Assembly: GCA_030591725.1 (NCBI GenBank)
Contig: JAUVAN010000001.1
Span: 1-54,421, forward strand
Source: Deltaproteobacteria bacterium
GTDB lineage: Bacteria; Myxococcota_A; Polyangia; JAAYKL01
Reading direction: 5' to 3'
DNA length: 54,421 bases
How positions within the stretch are numbered: position 1 is the first letter of the stretch; each line of letters opens with the position of its first letter. The position numbers and the translations under genes are program-made. Below, piece after piece: positions 26,541 through 35,726 of this stretch. Under the pieces are notes generated by a model that searched no databases, had not been told where the DNA came from, and saw only the letters and a list, made by a program, of their open reading frames with translations.

Positions 26541-27694
26541 TAGACATGATCAGCATGAAAAGAATGATCTGGGTCGCGTTGATTTTGTTTGGAGGCGTAT
26601 CGTACGGTGTGCCGGCGACTGCTCAGGACGAGTACCAATCCGACATCAAGCCGGGGTTGAACATCCATGCACAGAAGGGGGGGCCGTCGTTGCTGTCCCA
26701 GGCTGCCCGCGACGGGGTTTCCGTGGTTATCTCCGAGGATGGAGAGAAGGTGGCGGGTCGTAGTGTGAATTCGCAGACGGAAACGTACAACGTCAAGGAA
26801 GGCGACACCCTCTGGGATATCTGCACGAGATTTTTTTCCGATCCATACGTGTGGCCGCGCATCTGGTCGTACAACAATAAGATCACCAACCCCCACTGGA
26901 TCTATCCCGGCGATATGCTCTGGCTTGTTCCCCCGAGGGCTATTCCCGCCGCAATTTCGATGTCGTCTGCGCCGGCTGCCGCCGTGGCCCAGCCCAGGCC
27001 CAGGGCCATCCTGGTGAGAAATCGGGGGTTTGTGGACACGGAGACCCTCAAGCAGTCCGGAACCCTGATCGGATCAAAAAAAGAGATGATGATGCTGTCC
27101 CAGTACGACGAGGCATATGTCCAGTTCCCGGACGCCAGGGAGATACGGGCGGGTGACGAGTTTTCCATCTTCGAGGTGCTCAGGGATGTCGATTCCGTTG
27201 AGGATCCCGGATCGGAGATGGGCAAGCTGGTGGAGATACTCGGAGTGGTCCGGGTCACCCAGTATGACAGGAACAAGGATCTCGCAAAAGTGATCATCGA
27301 CGAGTCGTTCAGGCCCATAGAGCGGGGCTCCATGGTGGGGCCGGTTCACAGGCGATTCGACCTCGTGTCTCCGGTGGTGAACGAGCAGGAACTCAAGGGG
27401 TACGTGATCGCTTTCCTCGATCCGGGCATCATTGCCGCGGCTCACAACATCGTCTTTGTCGATAAGGGTTCGGAGCAGGGGGTCAAGGTAGGCAACAGGT
27501 TCTTCGTGGTGGAGAAGCGCGACAATTATCGCAAGAGCCTTGACGAAGAAGACGACGACGAGAGCTATCCTTTCGAGGTGCTCTCGGAGATGCGGGTTAT
27601 CGAGGCGAGACCCAACACGTCAACCTGCATCGTTACCGCGACCGTCAAGGAATTGATGGTCGGGGTTCAGGTTGAGATGGTGAAGGGCTACTGA
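26537..27694 (+). CDS. LysM peptidoglycan-binding domain protein (secreted)
   Basis: LysM motif YNVKEGDTLWDICTRFF ... ITNPHWIYPGDMLWL and a signal peptide. The GTG at 26537 overlaps the ybgF stop (GTGA). ATG alternatives lie at 26546 and 26555. Confidence 0.8.
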   Translation: MIDMISMKRMIWVALILFGGVSYGVPATAQDEYQSDIKPGLNIHAQKGGPSLLSQAARDGVSVVISEDGEKVAGRSVNSQTETYNVKEGDTLWDICTRFFSDPYVWPRIWSYNNKITNPHWIYPGDMLWLVPPRAIPAAISMSSAPAAAVAQPRPRAILVRNRGFVDTETLKQSGTLIGSKKEMMMLSQYDEAYVQFPDAREIRAGDEFSIFEVLRDVDSVEDPGSEMGKLVEILGVVRVTQYDRNKDLAKVIIDESFRPIERGSMVGPVHRRFDLVSPVVNEQELKGYVIAFLDPGIIAAAHNIVFVDKGSEQGVKVGNRFFVVEKRDNYRKSLDEEDDDESYPFEVLSEMRVIEARPNTSTCIVTATVKELMVGVQVEMVKGY

Positions 27695-27729
27695 TAAGCA
27701 GTCCGATTTTCTTTTTTTCCAAAACAAAC

Positions 27730-27759
27730 TTGACGGTGAGTAGGTACCCTCTCTATTAC
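27730..27759 (+). promoter_or_regulatory. Candidate sigma70-type promoter upstream of dprA-topA
   Basis: TTGACG-N18-TATTAC in the 108-nt gap. It is followed by the hairpin GGTCCT-N13-AGGACC (27763-27787) and SD GGAGG. Confidence 0.3.
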
Positions 27760-27802
27760 TCTGGTCCTTCAGAAACATGAAACAGGACCGGAGGCCGATA
27801 CT

Positions 27803-28726
27803 TTGTCCCGATCTCCAATGCCGGTTGAGATGGTGGAGCTGGATCGCGGGGATCCCGGATTCCCCGAGCGCCTCGAAATGCTCGGCGACACGCCTGAGCG
27901 TCTGTTCGTGATCGGGCAGATCCCTTCGGCGCCCATGGTGGCGTTAGTGGGTTCCCGGGACGCCGATCGGGGAATGATTCGATATACGGCGGATCTGGCA
28001 GCAGACCTGGTCGCAAGGGGGTTGACGGTGCTCTCAGGGGGCGCTGCCGGGATTGACACGGCGGCCCATCGTGGAGCGCTGGATGCCGGCGGATCCACCG
28101 TGGCGATCATCGGATCGGGCTTCGATCACATGTACCCGCCCTCCAACCGGGAACTGTTTTCCGAGATATCGCAATCCGGAGCTCTGATCTCCGAATTCGA
28201 GCCCGGCACCCCGCCTACCCGCTGGACTTTTCCAAAGAGAAACAGGTTGGTGGCGGCCATGGCCAGCGCGGTGGTTGTGATCCAGGCATCCGCACGCTCC
28301 GGGGCGCTCATCACCGCCCGTATCGCACGTGGCCTCGAGGTGCCGGTGGGCGCGGTTCCAGGGACAGTGAGCGAGTCGAAAAGCCGGGGCGCCAACGGGC
28401 TCATCCGCGACGGTGCGGCCCTCATAGAGGATGCCTCCGATGTGATGAGGCTCGTGGACGGATCCGCAAGTACCGGACAACTTAACTTGCCCGAAATGAA
28501 TTCGCGAGGTAAGGAGACTGCGTTATCGGCTCCGGTTCCGGTCGGAATCAGTGAGAATGAGGCCCGGGTGTTCGATGTCCTTGGTGAAACACCCATGCAC
28601 ATCGACGATGTCGCGTCGACGATCGGGCTGGGCGCGTCGGAGACCGGCGCCTCTCTCATGAGCCTGGAACTATCGGGATTCGTGGAGGACCGGGGCGGGA
28701 AGTATTTCGTGAGAAGCACGGGTTAG
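27803..28726 (+). CDS. dprA: DNA-processing protein DprA (Smf)
   Basis: LSGGAAGIDTAAHRGAL ... FPKRNRLVAAMA ... SGALITA. A TTG start lies 9 nt after GGAGG. Confidence 0.9.
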   Translation: MSRSPMPVEMVELDRGDPGFPERLEMLGDTPERLFVIGQIPSAPMVALVGSRDADRGMIRYTADLAADLVARGLTVLSGGAAGIDTAAHRGALDAGGSTVAIIGSGFDHMYPPSNRELFSEISQSGALISEFEPGTPPTRWTFPKRNRLVAAMASAVVVIQASARSGALITARIARGLEVPVGAVPGTVSESKSRGANGLIRDGAALIEDASDVMRLVDGSASTGQLNLPEMNSRGKETALSAPVPVGISENEARVFDVLGETPMHIDDVASTIGLGASETGASLMSLELSGFVEDRGGKYFVRSTG

Positions 28727-28747
28727 TCAGGAGGAGTGGTACAAGGC

Positions 28748-31015
28748 ATGCCGAAATCTCTAGTTATAGTCGAATCACCTGCCAAGGCGCGCACCATCAG
28801 GAAGTACCTGGGAAATTCGTTCTCCGTGAAGGCCTCGCTCGGTCATGTGAAAGATCTGCCGAAGTCCAAGATAGGAGTGGCCGTCGATGATGGTTTCAAA
28901 CCCGAGTACCAGGTCATTCCGGGCAAGAAGAAAGTCCTGAGGGACCTGATCAAGTCCGCGCAGCAGGCGCAGGATATCTATCTGGCGCTCGATCCGGATC
29001 GCGAGGGAGAGGCCATCGCGTGGCACATCGCCGAGGAACTGGGTATCGACAAGGATCGCATACGCCGCATCCTGTTCAACGAGATAACCAAGAAGGGAAT
29101 CACCGAGGGTCTGGAAAACCCCCTGCCGATCAACAGCAGACGGTTCGAGTCGCAGCAGGCCCGAAGAATTCTGGACAGATTGGTGGGCTACGAGATCTCT
29201 CCGATTCTCTGGAAGAAGGTCAGGAGGGGGCTCTCGGCGGGACGTGTTCAGTCTGTTGCCCTGAGGCTGGTCGTGGACAGGGAAGCCGAGATCAATGCTT
29301 TCAAGCCCCGGGAGTACTGGAAGATCGGGGTTCAGGTCGAGGGCGCCGAGCCGCCGGTGTTCAACGCCGCGTATTACGGCGCTCACGGCAAGAAGGTCGC
29401 GGTCGGGGACGAGAAGACGGCTACCGGGATCACGAACGATCTTCGCGAGGCCACGTTCACGGTTGCAAAGATCGATCGCAAGGAGAGGCGCAGGGCCGCG
29501 CTTCCGCCGTTCATCACCAGTCGTCTGCAGCAGGAGATGGCCAGGAGATTCCGTTTCACCGCAAAGCGCACCATGGTGGTGGCGCAACAGCTCTACGAGG
29601 GAGTGGATCTGGGCTCCGAGGGCAGTGTGGGTCTCATCACGTACATGAGGACCGATTCGGTGCGGTTGTCCGATGACTCGGTCGCGGAGGCGAGGGAGTT
29701 CATCGGTGAGAGGTTCGGCGCCAAGGCGGTTCCGGCCAAGCCGAATGTGTACAAGAGCAGGAAGAGCGCCCAGGATGCCCATGAGGCTATCCGCCCCACA
29801 TCGATACGATTTCTGCCGAAAGAGGTGGGCAAGTACCTGACCTCGGATCAGCGCAAGCTCTATCGTGTAGTTTGGGAACGTTTTACGGCCAGCCAGATGA
29901 AGCCAGCCGTTTACGACAGGACATCCGTGCAGATCAACGCGGGCGATCACAGCCTCAGGGCGTCGGGCTCGGTGCTCAAGTTCAAGGGTTGGCTCGAGGT
30001 GATGGAAGATTCCGCTCCCGCCAACGGAAAGAACGGATCCGGTGACGCAGATGACGATCTGACGGTGCTCCCGCAGCTCAACGAGGGCGATATTCTCAAG
30101 ATGACCGGTGAGGGAGTCACGGCGCAGCAGAAGTTCACGCAGCCGCCTGCTCGTTTTACCGAGGGTACGCTCATCAGAGATCTCGAGGAGCGTGGAATCG
30201 GTCGTCCATCCACCTACGCAACCATCCTCACGACCATCCAGGACAGAAAGTACGTAAAAAAAGAGGAGGGCAAGCTCGCCCCGTCCGAGCTGGGCGAGAT
30301 AGTGACGGAGCGTCTCGTGCTCCATTTCCCGCGAATCCTCGACATCGACTTCACCGCGTCCATGGAGGAGTCGCTGGACAGGATCGAAGACGGAACCCAG
30401 GACTGGGTCGAGCTGCTCAGGGATTTCTACGAACCCTTCAAGATCGAAGTGCAAAAGGCGCTTCGTGAGATGAAGGGCGTGCGCGACCTGACTGAGAAAT
30501 CCGACGAGAAGTGCGATAGCTGCGGCAAGCCCATGGTGATCAAGTGGGGACGCAACGGGCGTTTCCTCGCCTGTTCGGGCTATCCCGATTGTCGCAATAC
30601 CAGGGAACTCGAGTCCGCCAAGGGTGCAGTGCAAGCGGCGCCGGTGGACATCAAGTGCGACGAGTGCGGCAAGCAGATGGTGCGCAAGCGCGGGCGCTTC
30701 GGTGATTTTCTCGCCTGTTCGGGGTATCCGGATTGTAAAGCCACCCGGTCCATGCCCACGGGGATAGATTGCCCCAAGGAGAATTGCAAGGGCGAGCTCG
30801 TGGAGCGACGCACACGCAAGGGACGGGTTTTCTACGGGTGCAGCGAGTACAAGAAGACCGCCTGCGATTTTGTGGTGTGGGGCACTCCCGCCAAGGAGAA
30901 GTGTCCAAACTGCGGAGCCGGGTTCCTGGTAGTGTCCGCCCGCGCGAAGGGCGCGAGGGAGCTCAAGTGCATAGCAGAGGGTTGTGGATTCAAGAAGACT
31001 GAAACCCCGTCTTGA
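28748..31015 (+). CDS. topA: DNA topoisomerase I
   Basis: MPKSLVIVESPAKA Toprim N-terminus, DPDREGEAI, and four C-terminal Zn-ribbon motifs (CDSCGK ... CSGYPDC and others). An upstream GTG at 28736 overlaps the SD and was therefore disfavoured. Confidence 0.95.
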   Translation: MPKSLVIVESPAKARTIRKYLGNSFSVKASLGHVKDLPKSKIGVAVDDGFKPEYQVIPGKKKVLRDLIKSAQQAQDIYLALDPDREGEAIAWHIAEELGIDKDRIRRILFNEITKKGITEGLENPLPINSRRFESQQARRILDRLVGYEISPILWKKVRRGLSAGRVQSVALRLVVDREAEINAFKPREYWKIGVQVEGAEPPVFNAAYYGAHGKKVAVGDEKTATGITNDLREATFTVAKIDRKERRRAALPPFITSRLQQEMARRFRFTAKRTMVVAQQLYEGVDLGSEGSVGLITYMRTDSVRLSDDSVAEAREFIGERFGAKAVPAKPNVYKSRKSAQDAHEAIRPTSIRFLPKEVGKYLTSDQRKLYRVVWERFTASQMKPAVYDRTSVQINAGDHSLRASGSVLKFKGWLEVMEDSAPANGKNGSGDADDDLTVLPQLNEGDILKMTGEGVTAQQKFTQPPARFTEGTLIRDLEERGIGRPSTYATILTTIQDRKYVKKEEGKLAPSELGEIVTERLVLHFPRILDIDFTASMEESLDRIEDGTQDWVELLRDFYEPFKIEVQKALREMKGVRDLTEKSDEKCDSCGKPMVIKWGRNGRFLACSGYPDCRNTRELESAKGAVQAAPVDIKCDECGKQMVRKRGRFGDFLACSGYPDCKATRSMPTGIDCPKENCKGELVERRTRKGRVFYGCSEYKKTACDFVVWGTPAKEKCPNCGAGFLVVSARAKGARELKCIAEGCGFKKTETPS

Positions 31016-31024
31016 GCTTGATTG

Positions 31025-32359
31025 ATGCGCCGAACGCCGAGCGTCACAGTCGTGGGAGGGGGACTCGCGGGCTGCGAGGCGGCATGGCAGCTCGCGCAGC
31101 GTGATATCCAGGTAACACTTCTGGAGATGAAGCCGCGGGATCGATCACCCGCGCATTCTGGTGACAATATGGCGGAGCTCGTGTGCTCCAATTCCCTGAG
31201 GGGCGCCTCCCTGTCCGGGGCCGTTGGCCTTCTCAAGGAGGAGTTGCGCTGTCTCGGATCGCTGCTCATGCGCTGCGCCGACGAGACCGCGATTCCCGCC
31301 GGAGGGGCTCTGGCCGTGGATCGGGATAGGTTTTCCGGGGCGGTGGATGAGGCGGTGAATACCCATCCCCTGATCTCAGTTGAAAGAAAACGCCTCGATG
31401 TGCTTCCGGCCGATGAGAGGGTGGTCGTTGCCACCGGGCCCCTGACGGATGGCGCGCTCCTTCAATCCTTGCGTGAACACGGCGCCGTCCTCAACTATCA
31501 CGATGCCATCGCGCCGTTGATCTCGGCGGAGAGCATCGATCGTACGGTGGTGTTCAGGGCCGATCGATACGAGGAAACCGGCGACGGCGCTGCGTATCTG
31601 AATTGTCCGTTCGACGAGAAGAGTTACATGGAGTTCGTGCGGGAGTTGGTCGGGGCAGACAAGACGCCCCTGCACGAGTTCGAGACCGCGCCGTTCTTCG
31701 AAGGGTGTCTTCCCATCGAGGAGATGGCGGCGCGGGGACCCCTGACCCCGGCCCACGGTCCCATGAAGCCCGTCGGTCTCATCGATCCGCGTTTCGGCAA
31801 CCGGCCCTTTGCGGTTGTCCAGCTTCGCCCGGAGGACGCGGCCTGCACGTCATACAATCTGGTGGGTTTCCAGACCCGGCTCACGCGGGGCGAGCAGGGG
31901 AGGGTCCTCAAGATGATCCCGGGCCTGGAAAACGCGGTCTTCGAGAGGTACGGCGCGGTGCACAGGAATACTTTCGTGGACGCGCCGAGGGTGCTCGACG
32001 ATCGGATGCGCATTGTCCGCACGCCCCATGTTTCCCTGGCCGGGCAGATCACCGGGGTGGAAGGGTACGTTGAGTCCATCGCTTCGGGCCTGTTCGTGGG
32101 GATGTCCATGTCTGCCGAGTTGCGGGGCCTGGACCAGGCTATGCCCCCGCCCACTACCGCCATCGGCGGGTTGATCCGTCACACCCGGAAGACCGCCGGG
32201 AATTACCAGCCCTCCAACGTCGTGTGGGCAATGATCGACCATCCGAGAAAAAAACGGGGAGTCAAGAAGAGAGACCACCGCCTCAGCGCGGCAAACACGG
32301 CCCTGGAGAACCTGAAAACCTGGATGGCGTCCGCTCCTTCTGTCGAGACTGTGGTATAG
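31025..32359 (+). CDS. trmFO: Methylenetetrahydrofolate--tRNA-(uracil54-C5)-methyltransferase
   Basis: VTVVGGGLAGCEAAWQ FAD fold, ELVCSNSLR and GQITGVEGY. An alternative TTG lies at 31022. Confidence 0.9.
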   Translation: MRRTPSVTVVGGGLAGCEAAWQLAQRDIQVTLLEMKPRDRSPAHSGDNMAELVCSNSLRGASLSGAVGLLKEELRCLGSLLMRCADETAIPAGGALAVDRDRFSGAVDEAVNTHPLISVERKRLDVLPADERVVVATGPLTDGALLQSLREHGAVLNYHDAIAPLISAESIDRTVVFRADRYEETGDGAAYLNCPFDEKSYMEFVRELVGADKTPLHEFETAPFFEGCLPIEEMAARGPLTPAHGPMKPVGLIDPRFGNRPFAVVQLRPEDAACTSYNLVGFQTRLTRGEQGRVLKMIPGLENAVFERYGAVHRNTFVDAPRVLDDRMRIVRTPHVSLAGQITGVEGYVESIASGLFVGMSMSAELRGLDQAMPPPTTAIGGLIRHTRKTAGNYQPSNVVWAMIDHPRKKRGVKKRDHRLSAANTALENLKTWMASAPSVETVV

Positions 32360-32390
32360 TCAAAAAAGAACCCTGGGAAGGAGAAACACC

Positions 32391-32609
32391 ATGGAGTTGC
32401 CTTTGCCGCTCGAGAATATGACGACAGCGGACAAGCTACGCGCGCTCGAACAGATCTGGGAGGATCTCTGCCGTACGGCCGAAAGCATTCCGTCCCCGGC
32501 CTGGCACGCCGATGTTCTCCACGCTCGAGAGAATCGGGTTGCAGACGGCTCGTCTCAATTTACCGACTGGACGCAAGCGAAACAGAAAATCAGAGATTCG
32601 GCCAAATGA
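32391..32609 (+). CDS. Addiction-module antitoxin component (TIGR02574-like)
   Basis: 72 aa. ADKLRALEQIWEDL ... PAWHADVL pattern. Its stop overlaps the toxin ATG (ATGA). Confidence 0.7.
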   Translation: MELPLPLENMTTADKLRALEQIWEDLCRTAESIPSPAWHADVLHARENRVADGSSQFTDWTQAKQKIRDSAK

Positions 32610-32896
32610 AGGTTCAGATCCTCGATGAGGCCCGCCAGGACCTCGTTGACGGCTTTCGGTTCTACGAAAGCCAATCCGAAGATCTTGGCGATTACTTCCT
32701 CGATTCACTTTTTTCCGACATCGACTCGTTACAGCTCTATGCCGGTATTCACGCCGTATACTTCGGTTGCCACCGGCTTCTTTCTAAACGATTTCCCTTC
32801 GCCGTATACTATCGTGTGGAGAACGAAACAGCTCGGGTTTATGCCGTACTGGATTGCCGGCGGAATCCGGATTGGATCCAAGCCCGGCTGACATGA
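32606..32896 (+). CDS. parE: Type II toxin, ParE/RelE superfamily
   Basis: 96 aa. EARQDLVDGFRFY ... RFPFAVYYRVENETARVYAVLDCRRNP is typical ParE-like. Confidence 0.8.
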   Translation: MKVQILDEARQDLVDGFRFYESQSEDLGDYFLDSLFSDIDSLQLYAGIHAVYFGCHRLLSKRFPFAVYYRVENETARVYAVLDCRRNPDWIQARLT

Positions 32897-32901
32897 AACC
32901 G

Positions 32902-32917
32902 ACCGAATACGTTCGGT
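32902..32917. terminator. Candidate bidirectional hairpin between convergent genes
   Basis: ACCGAA-TACG-TTCGGT in the 39-nt convergent gap. No U-tract. Confidence 0.3.
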
Positions 32918-32935
32918 GCCTCGAACGAAGACAAT

Positions 32936-34051
32936 CTACGGGCAGCTGGCCGGAACCGGCGTACAAGAATCATTTAGGTTACTAAAGACACTTGTAAATG
33001 TGGGTCCGCTGGTGAGCTGGTCCAGAAGATCGCACGCCTCGCAGTCGGGCAAGGTGGTGTTCCCATAGATGTACAATGTCAAACCCACCGAAGTGAGTAC
33101 GTCAATGCTGTCTAGGTTGGTGAGGGTAACGTTTTCGTGGATGAACACTCCCCCGCCCACTGCGGTGAGGGCACCCAGCCCGTTAAGGCTGGTGAGGACT
33201 TCGTTGAGGCCGATAACTAAATCCTCACCCACCGAAGAGATGCCGTTCAGGCCTGTCAAGTCAGTGAGGGCGTTGTTGTTTTCGATATGCAATTCTCCAC
33301 CCACCGAGGTGATGCCGCATAGACTGGTCAAGTCATTGAGGACATCGTTCTCAACGATTATCAAGTTTCCGGTTATCGAGGTAAGAGCGCTCAGGCCATC
33401 CAGGTTGTTGAGGATGGGGTTGCCGCACATGAACAAATATCCGCCCAACGAGCCGGTGATACCGCTCAGCCAGTCCAGGTTGGTGATGACGGGGTTGTAC
33501 CCGATGTACAGGTGTTCACCCACTGAAGTGATCCCGCTCAGCCCATCTAGGTTGCTGAGGACGTCGTTGTCTATAACAACCAAGCCCCCACCCACCGAGG
33601 AGATCCCGCTCAGTCCGTCTAGATTGCTGATGACTTCGTTGTGTCCGATAACTAAATCCTCACCCACCGTGGTGAGGCAATCCAGATCGCTCAAGTCGGT
33701 GCATGAATCGCAGAAATGGATAAACAAGCTGCCCGAGATCGAGGTGTGTCCCGCGAGGGTTGCGACGTCCGATTGCGTGTCTATAGTGAAATCGCCGGTG
33801 TACTCTCCTAGAGGACAATCAGTGTCTGTGCCGGTGTCGGTATCCGTATCGGTATCTGTATCGGTGTCTGTATCGGTATCGGTACCGGTGTCTGTATCGG
33901 TATCGGTGTCAGTGTCAGTGTCGGTATCGGTATCAGTGTCGGTGTCAGTGTCGGTGGTTCCACCGCCAGGGTCACCGGATGAGCTTTTCGAGCAGCCGGC
34001 GGCTGCTACGGCTAGCACCAGACTCGGTAAAAGGAATTTAATAGCCATCAT
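32936..34051 (-). CDS. Lipoprotein with a poly(Thr-Asp) linker and about 10 leucine-rich repeats of 24 aa
   Basis: Lipobox AAAGC. 47 aa of (TD)n with a few TG interruptions. Repeats are of the form LSGITSVGxxLxIxxNxxLxNLDG. The C-terminus is Cys-containing. Confidence 0.85.
   Translation of the reverse strand: MMAIKFLLPSLVLAVAAAGCSKSSSGDPGGGTTDTDTDTDTDTDTDTDTDTDTDTGTDTDTDTDTDTDTDTDTGTDTDCPLGEYTGDFTIDTQSDVATLAGHTSISGSLFIHFCDSCTDLSDLDCLTTVGEDLVIGHNEVISNLDGLSGISSVGGGLVVIDNDVLSNLDGLSGITSVGEHLYIGYNPVITNLDWLSGITGSLGGYLFMCGNPILNNLDGLSALTSITGNLIIVENDVLNDLTSLCGITSVGGELHIENNNALTDLTGLNGISSVGEDLVIGLNEVLTSLNGLGALTAVGGGVFIHENVTLTNLDSIDVLTSVGLTLYIYGNTTLPDCEACDLLDQLTSGPTFTSVFSNLNDSCTPVPASCP
33818..33958 (-). 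repeat. Hexanucleotide coding microsatellite encoding (Thr-Asp)n
   Basis: Plus strand reads GTGTCGGTATCGGTATCTGTATC... for about 140 nt. Confidence 0.9.
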
Positions 34052-34200
34052 TTTAACTCACATCCATCTGCTGAGACGATCATATCATCAGTTCACCGTA
34101 CTTGGTTCTGAAAATGAGGCGCCTGTACTCTGAACCTGGATGGCGCATTCTTGATCGTTTCCGACATTGGGTTCATATACAATTTATCGTGACGCAAATC

Positions 34201-35163
34201 ATGGACCAGGCGACAGCTCTCTACCTCACGTATATCGAGCACGAACGGCGATTCTCTCACCGGACGGTGGAGGCCTACGGTAGCGCGCTTCGGGAGTTCA
34301 GTCGTTTTCTCAACGAGAAAGACCTGCCTGACGACCTCGCCGGGATTGACTCGACCCATATTCGTGCATACCTTGCCGGCCTGTATGGGAGAAACAGACC
34401 TGCGAGCATGGCCGCAAAACTGGCGGCGCTTCGAGGGTTCTTTTCGTATTTGAAAAAAACGGGACTGATCGACAGCAGCCCGGCCGCGGCGGTCCGCACA
34501 CCAAGGGTCAAGAGAAAGATGCCGGGTTTCGTTTCGGTGGACGAGGCGTCGCGCCTCGCGGACGTTGACTGGGAAGACAGCCCCGCAGGGGTGCGGGACA
34601 GGGCGATGGTCGAGGTGCTCTACGGGAGCGGATTGCGCGTGAGCGAGCTCTGTGCGCTGGATCTGGACTCGATCAACCTGGACTCTAAAAGCGTTCGGGT
34701 GAAGGGGAAGGGCGGCAAGGAGAGGCTCGTTCCCCTGGGGAGAAAAGCCGTGGAGGCGCTCGATAGCCATCTTCGGCAAAGAGAGGCGGTGGTGGTAGTG
34801 AAGAACAAGGTGGCTCACCCCGAGGCGCTCTTCCTCAACAGAAGCGGCGGGAGATTGTCTGTTCGATCGGTTCAGCGTATGGTCGCTCGGCGGGGGATCC
34901 AGTTGGCAACCAGGGAGGCCGTGCATCCCCACTCGCTTCGTCACTCGTGCGCGACGCACATGCTCGATGGGGGCGCCGATCTTCGCGTCATCCAGGAATT
35001 ACTCGGTCATGCGAGCCTCTCCACCACACAGCGATATACTCATGTGAGCATCGACGGCCTCATGGAGGTGTACGACAAGGCTCATCCCAAGGCCCGGCAA
35101 ACAGATGGGAAAAAACGAGAAAAAGAGGGCGCGGAAAAAACCCGCCTGAGAGAGAAAAAATGA
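34201..35163 (+). CDS. xerC: Tyrosine recombinase XerC/XerD (CodV-like)
   Basis: Start placed at the ATG at 34201 ([16 protein letters not shown]). Catalytic elements: [17 protein letters not shown] and [14 protein letters not shown]. About 25 aa of Lys/Glu/Arg-rich C-terminal tail. The stop overlaps the hslV ATG. Confidence 0.85.
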   Translation: MDQATALYLTYIEHERRFSHRTVEAYGSALREFSRFLNEKDLPDDLAGIDSTHIRAYLAGLYGRNRPASMAAKLAALRGFFSYLKKTGLIDSSPAAAVRTPRVKRKMPGFVSVDEASRLADVDWEDSPAGVRDRAMVEVLYGSGLRVSELCALDLDSINLDSKSVRVKGKGGKERLVPLGRKAVEALDSHLRQREAVVVVKNKVAHPEALFLNRSGGRLSVRSVQRMVARRGIQLATREAVHPHSLRHSCATHMLDGGADLRVIQELLGHASLSTTQRYTHVSIDGLMEVYDKAHPKARQTDGKKREKEGAEKTRLREKK

Positions 35164-35705
35164 ACGAGAACAACCAGAAAATCAGGTCCACCACGATCAT
35201 CGCTGTGCGGAAGGACGGCAAGGTGGCCCTGGCGGGGGATGGCCAGGTTACGATGGGCCAGACGGTGATGAAAATGTCGGCCCGCAAGGTCAGGAGGCTG
35301 GCCGGCGGCAATGTCATCGCCGGTTTTGCCGGCGCAACGGCGGACGCGTTTACCCTTTTCGGGCGCCTCGAGCAGAAGCTGGAGGAGTACAACAACAACC
35401 TGTTGCGCGCCTCGGTGGAGCTGGCCAAGGACTGGCGAACCGATCGCATGCTTCGGCGTCTGGAGGCGTTGCTCATCGCCGTGGATGCGAAGAGCTCGTT
35501 GTTGATCTCGGGCACAGGGGACATCATCGAGCCGGACGAGGGGGTGCTGGCCATCGGGTCGGGCGGCACCTTCGCCCAGGCGGCGGCCATGGCGCTCCTG
35601 AACAACACCGATCTCGCGGCCGACGAGATCGCATTGGAATCGTTGAAGATCGCACAGTCGATCTGCATCTACTCGGGCGGCGAGATCATGCTGGAAACAA
35701 TATGA
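35160..35705 (+). CDS. hslV: ATP-dependent protease subunit HslV (with a 10-aa N-terminal extension)
   Basis: [10 protein letters not shown] precedes [21 protein letters not shown] ... [14 protein letters not shown] overlap with xerC. Confidence 0.9.
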   Translation: MNENNQKIRSTTIIAVRKDGKVALAGDGQVTMGQTVMKMSARKVRRLAGGNVIAGFAGATADAFTLFGRLEQKLEEYNNNLLRASVELAKDWRTDRMLRRLEALLIAVDAKSSLLISGTGDIIEPDEGVLAIGSGGTFAQAAAMALLNNTDLAADEIALESLKIAQSICIYSGGEIMLETI

Positions 35706-35726
35706 GCCCGGTAATTCGGAGGATTT

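Noticed and set aside
33818-33958. Short-period DNA repeats here and at 24035-24160 considered as a CRISPR-like or non-coding array.
   Set aside because: The period is 6 nt with no spacers. The repeats are in frame inside lipoprotein ORFs and encode (T/S-D)n. No cas genes are present.
34201-35163. The tyrosine recombinase considered as a phage or ICE integrase marking a mobile element together with the adjacent TA pair.
   Set aside because: It has XerC/XerD-type N- and C-domains and is translationally coupled to hslV within the conserved topA-trmFO-xerC-hslVU array (CodV-like). No att repeats or phage genes are seen.
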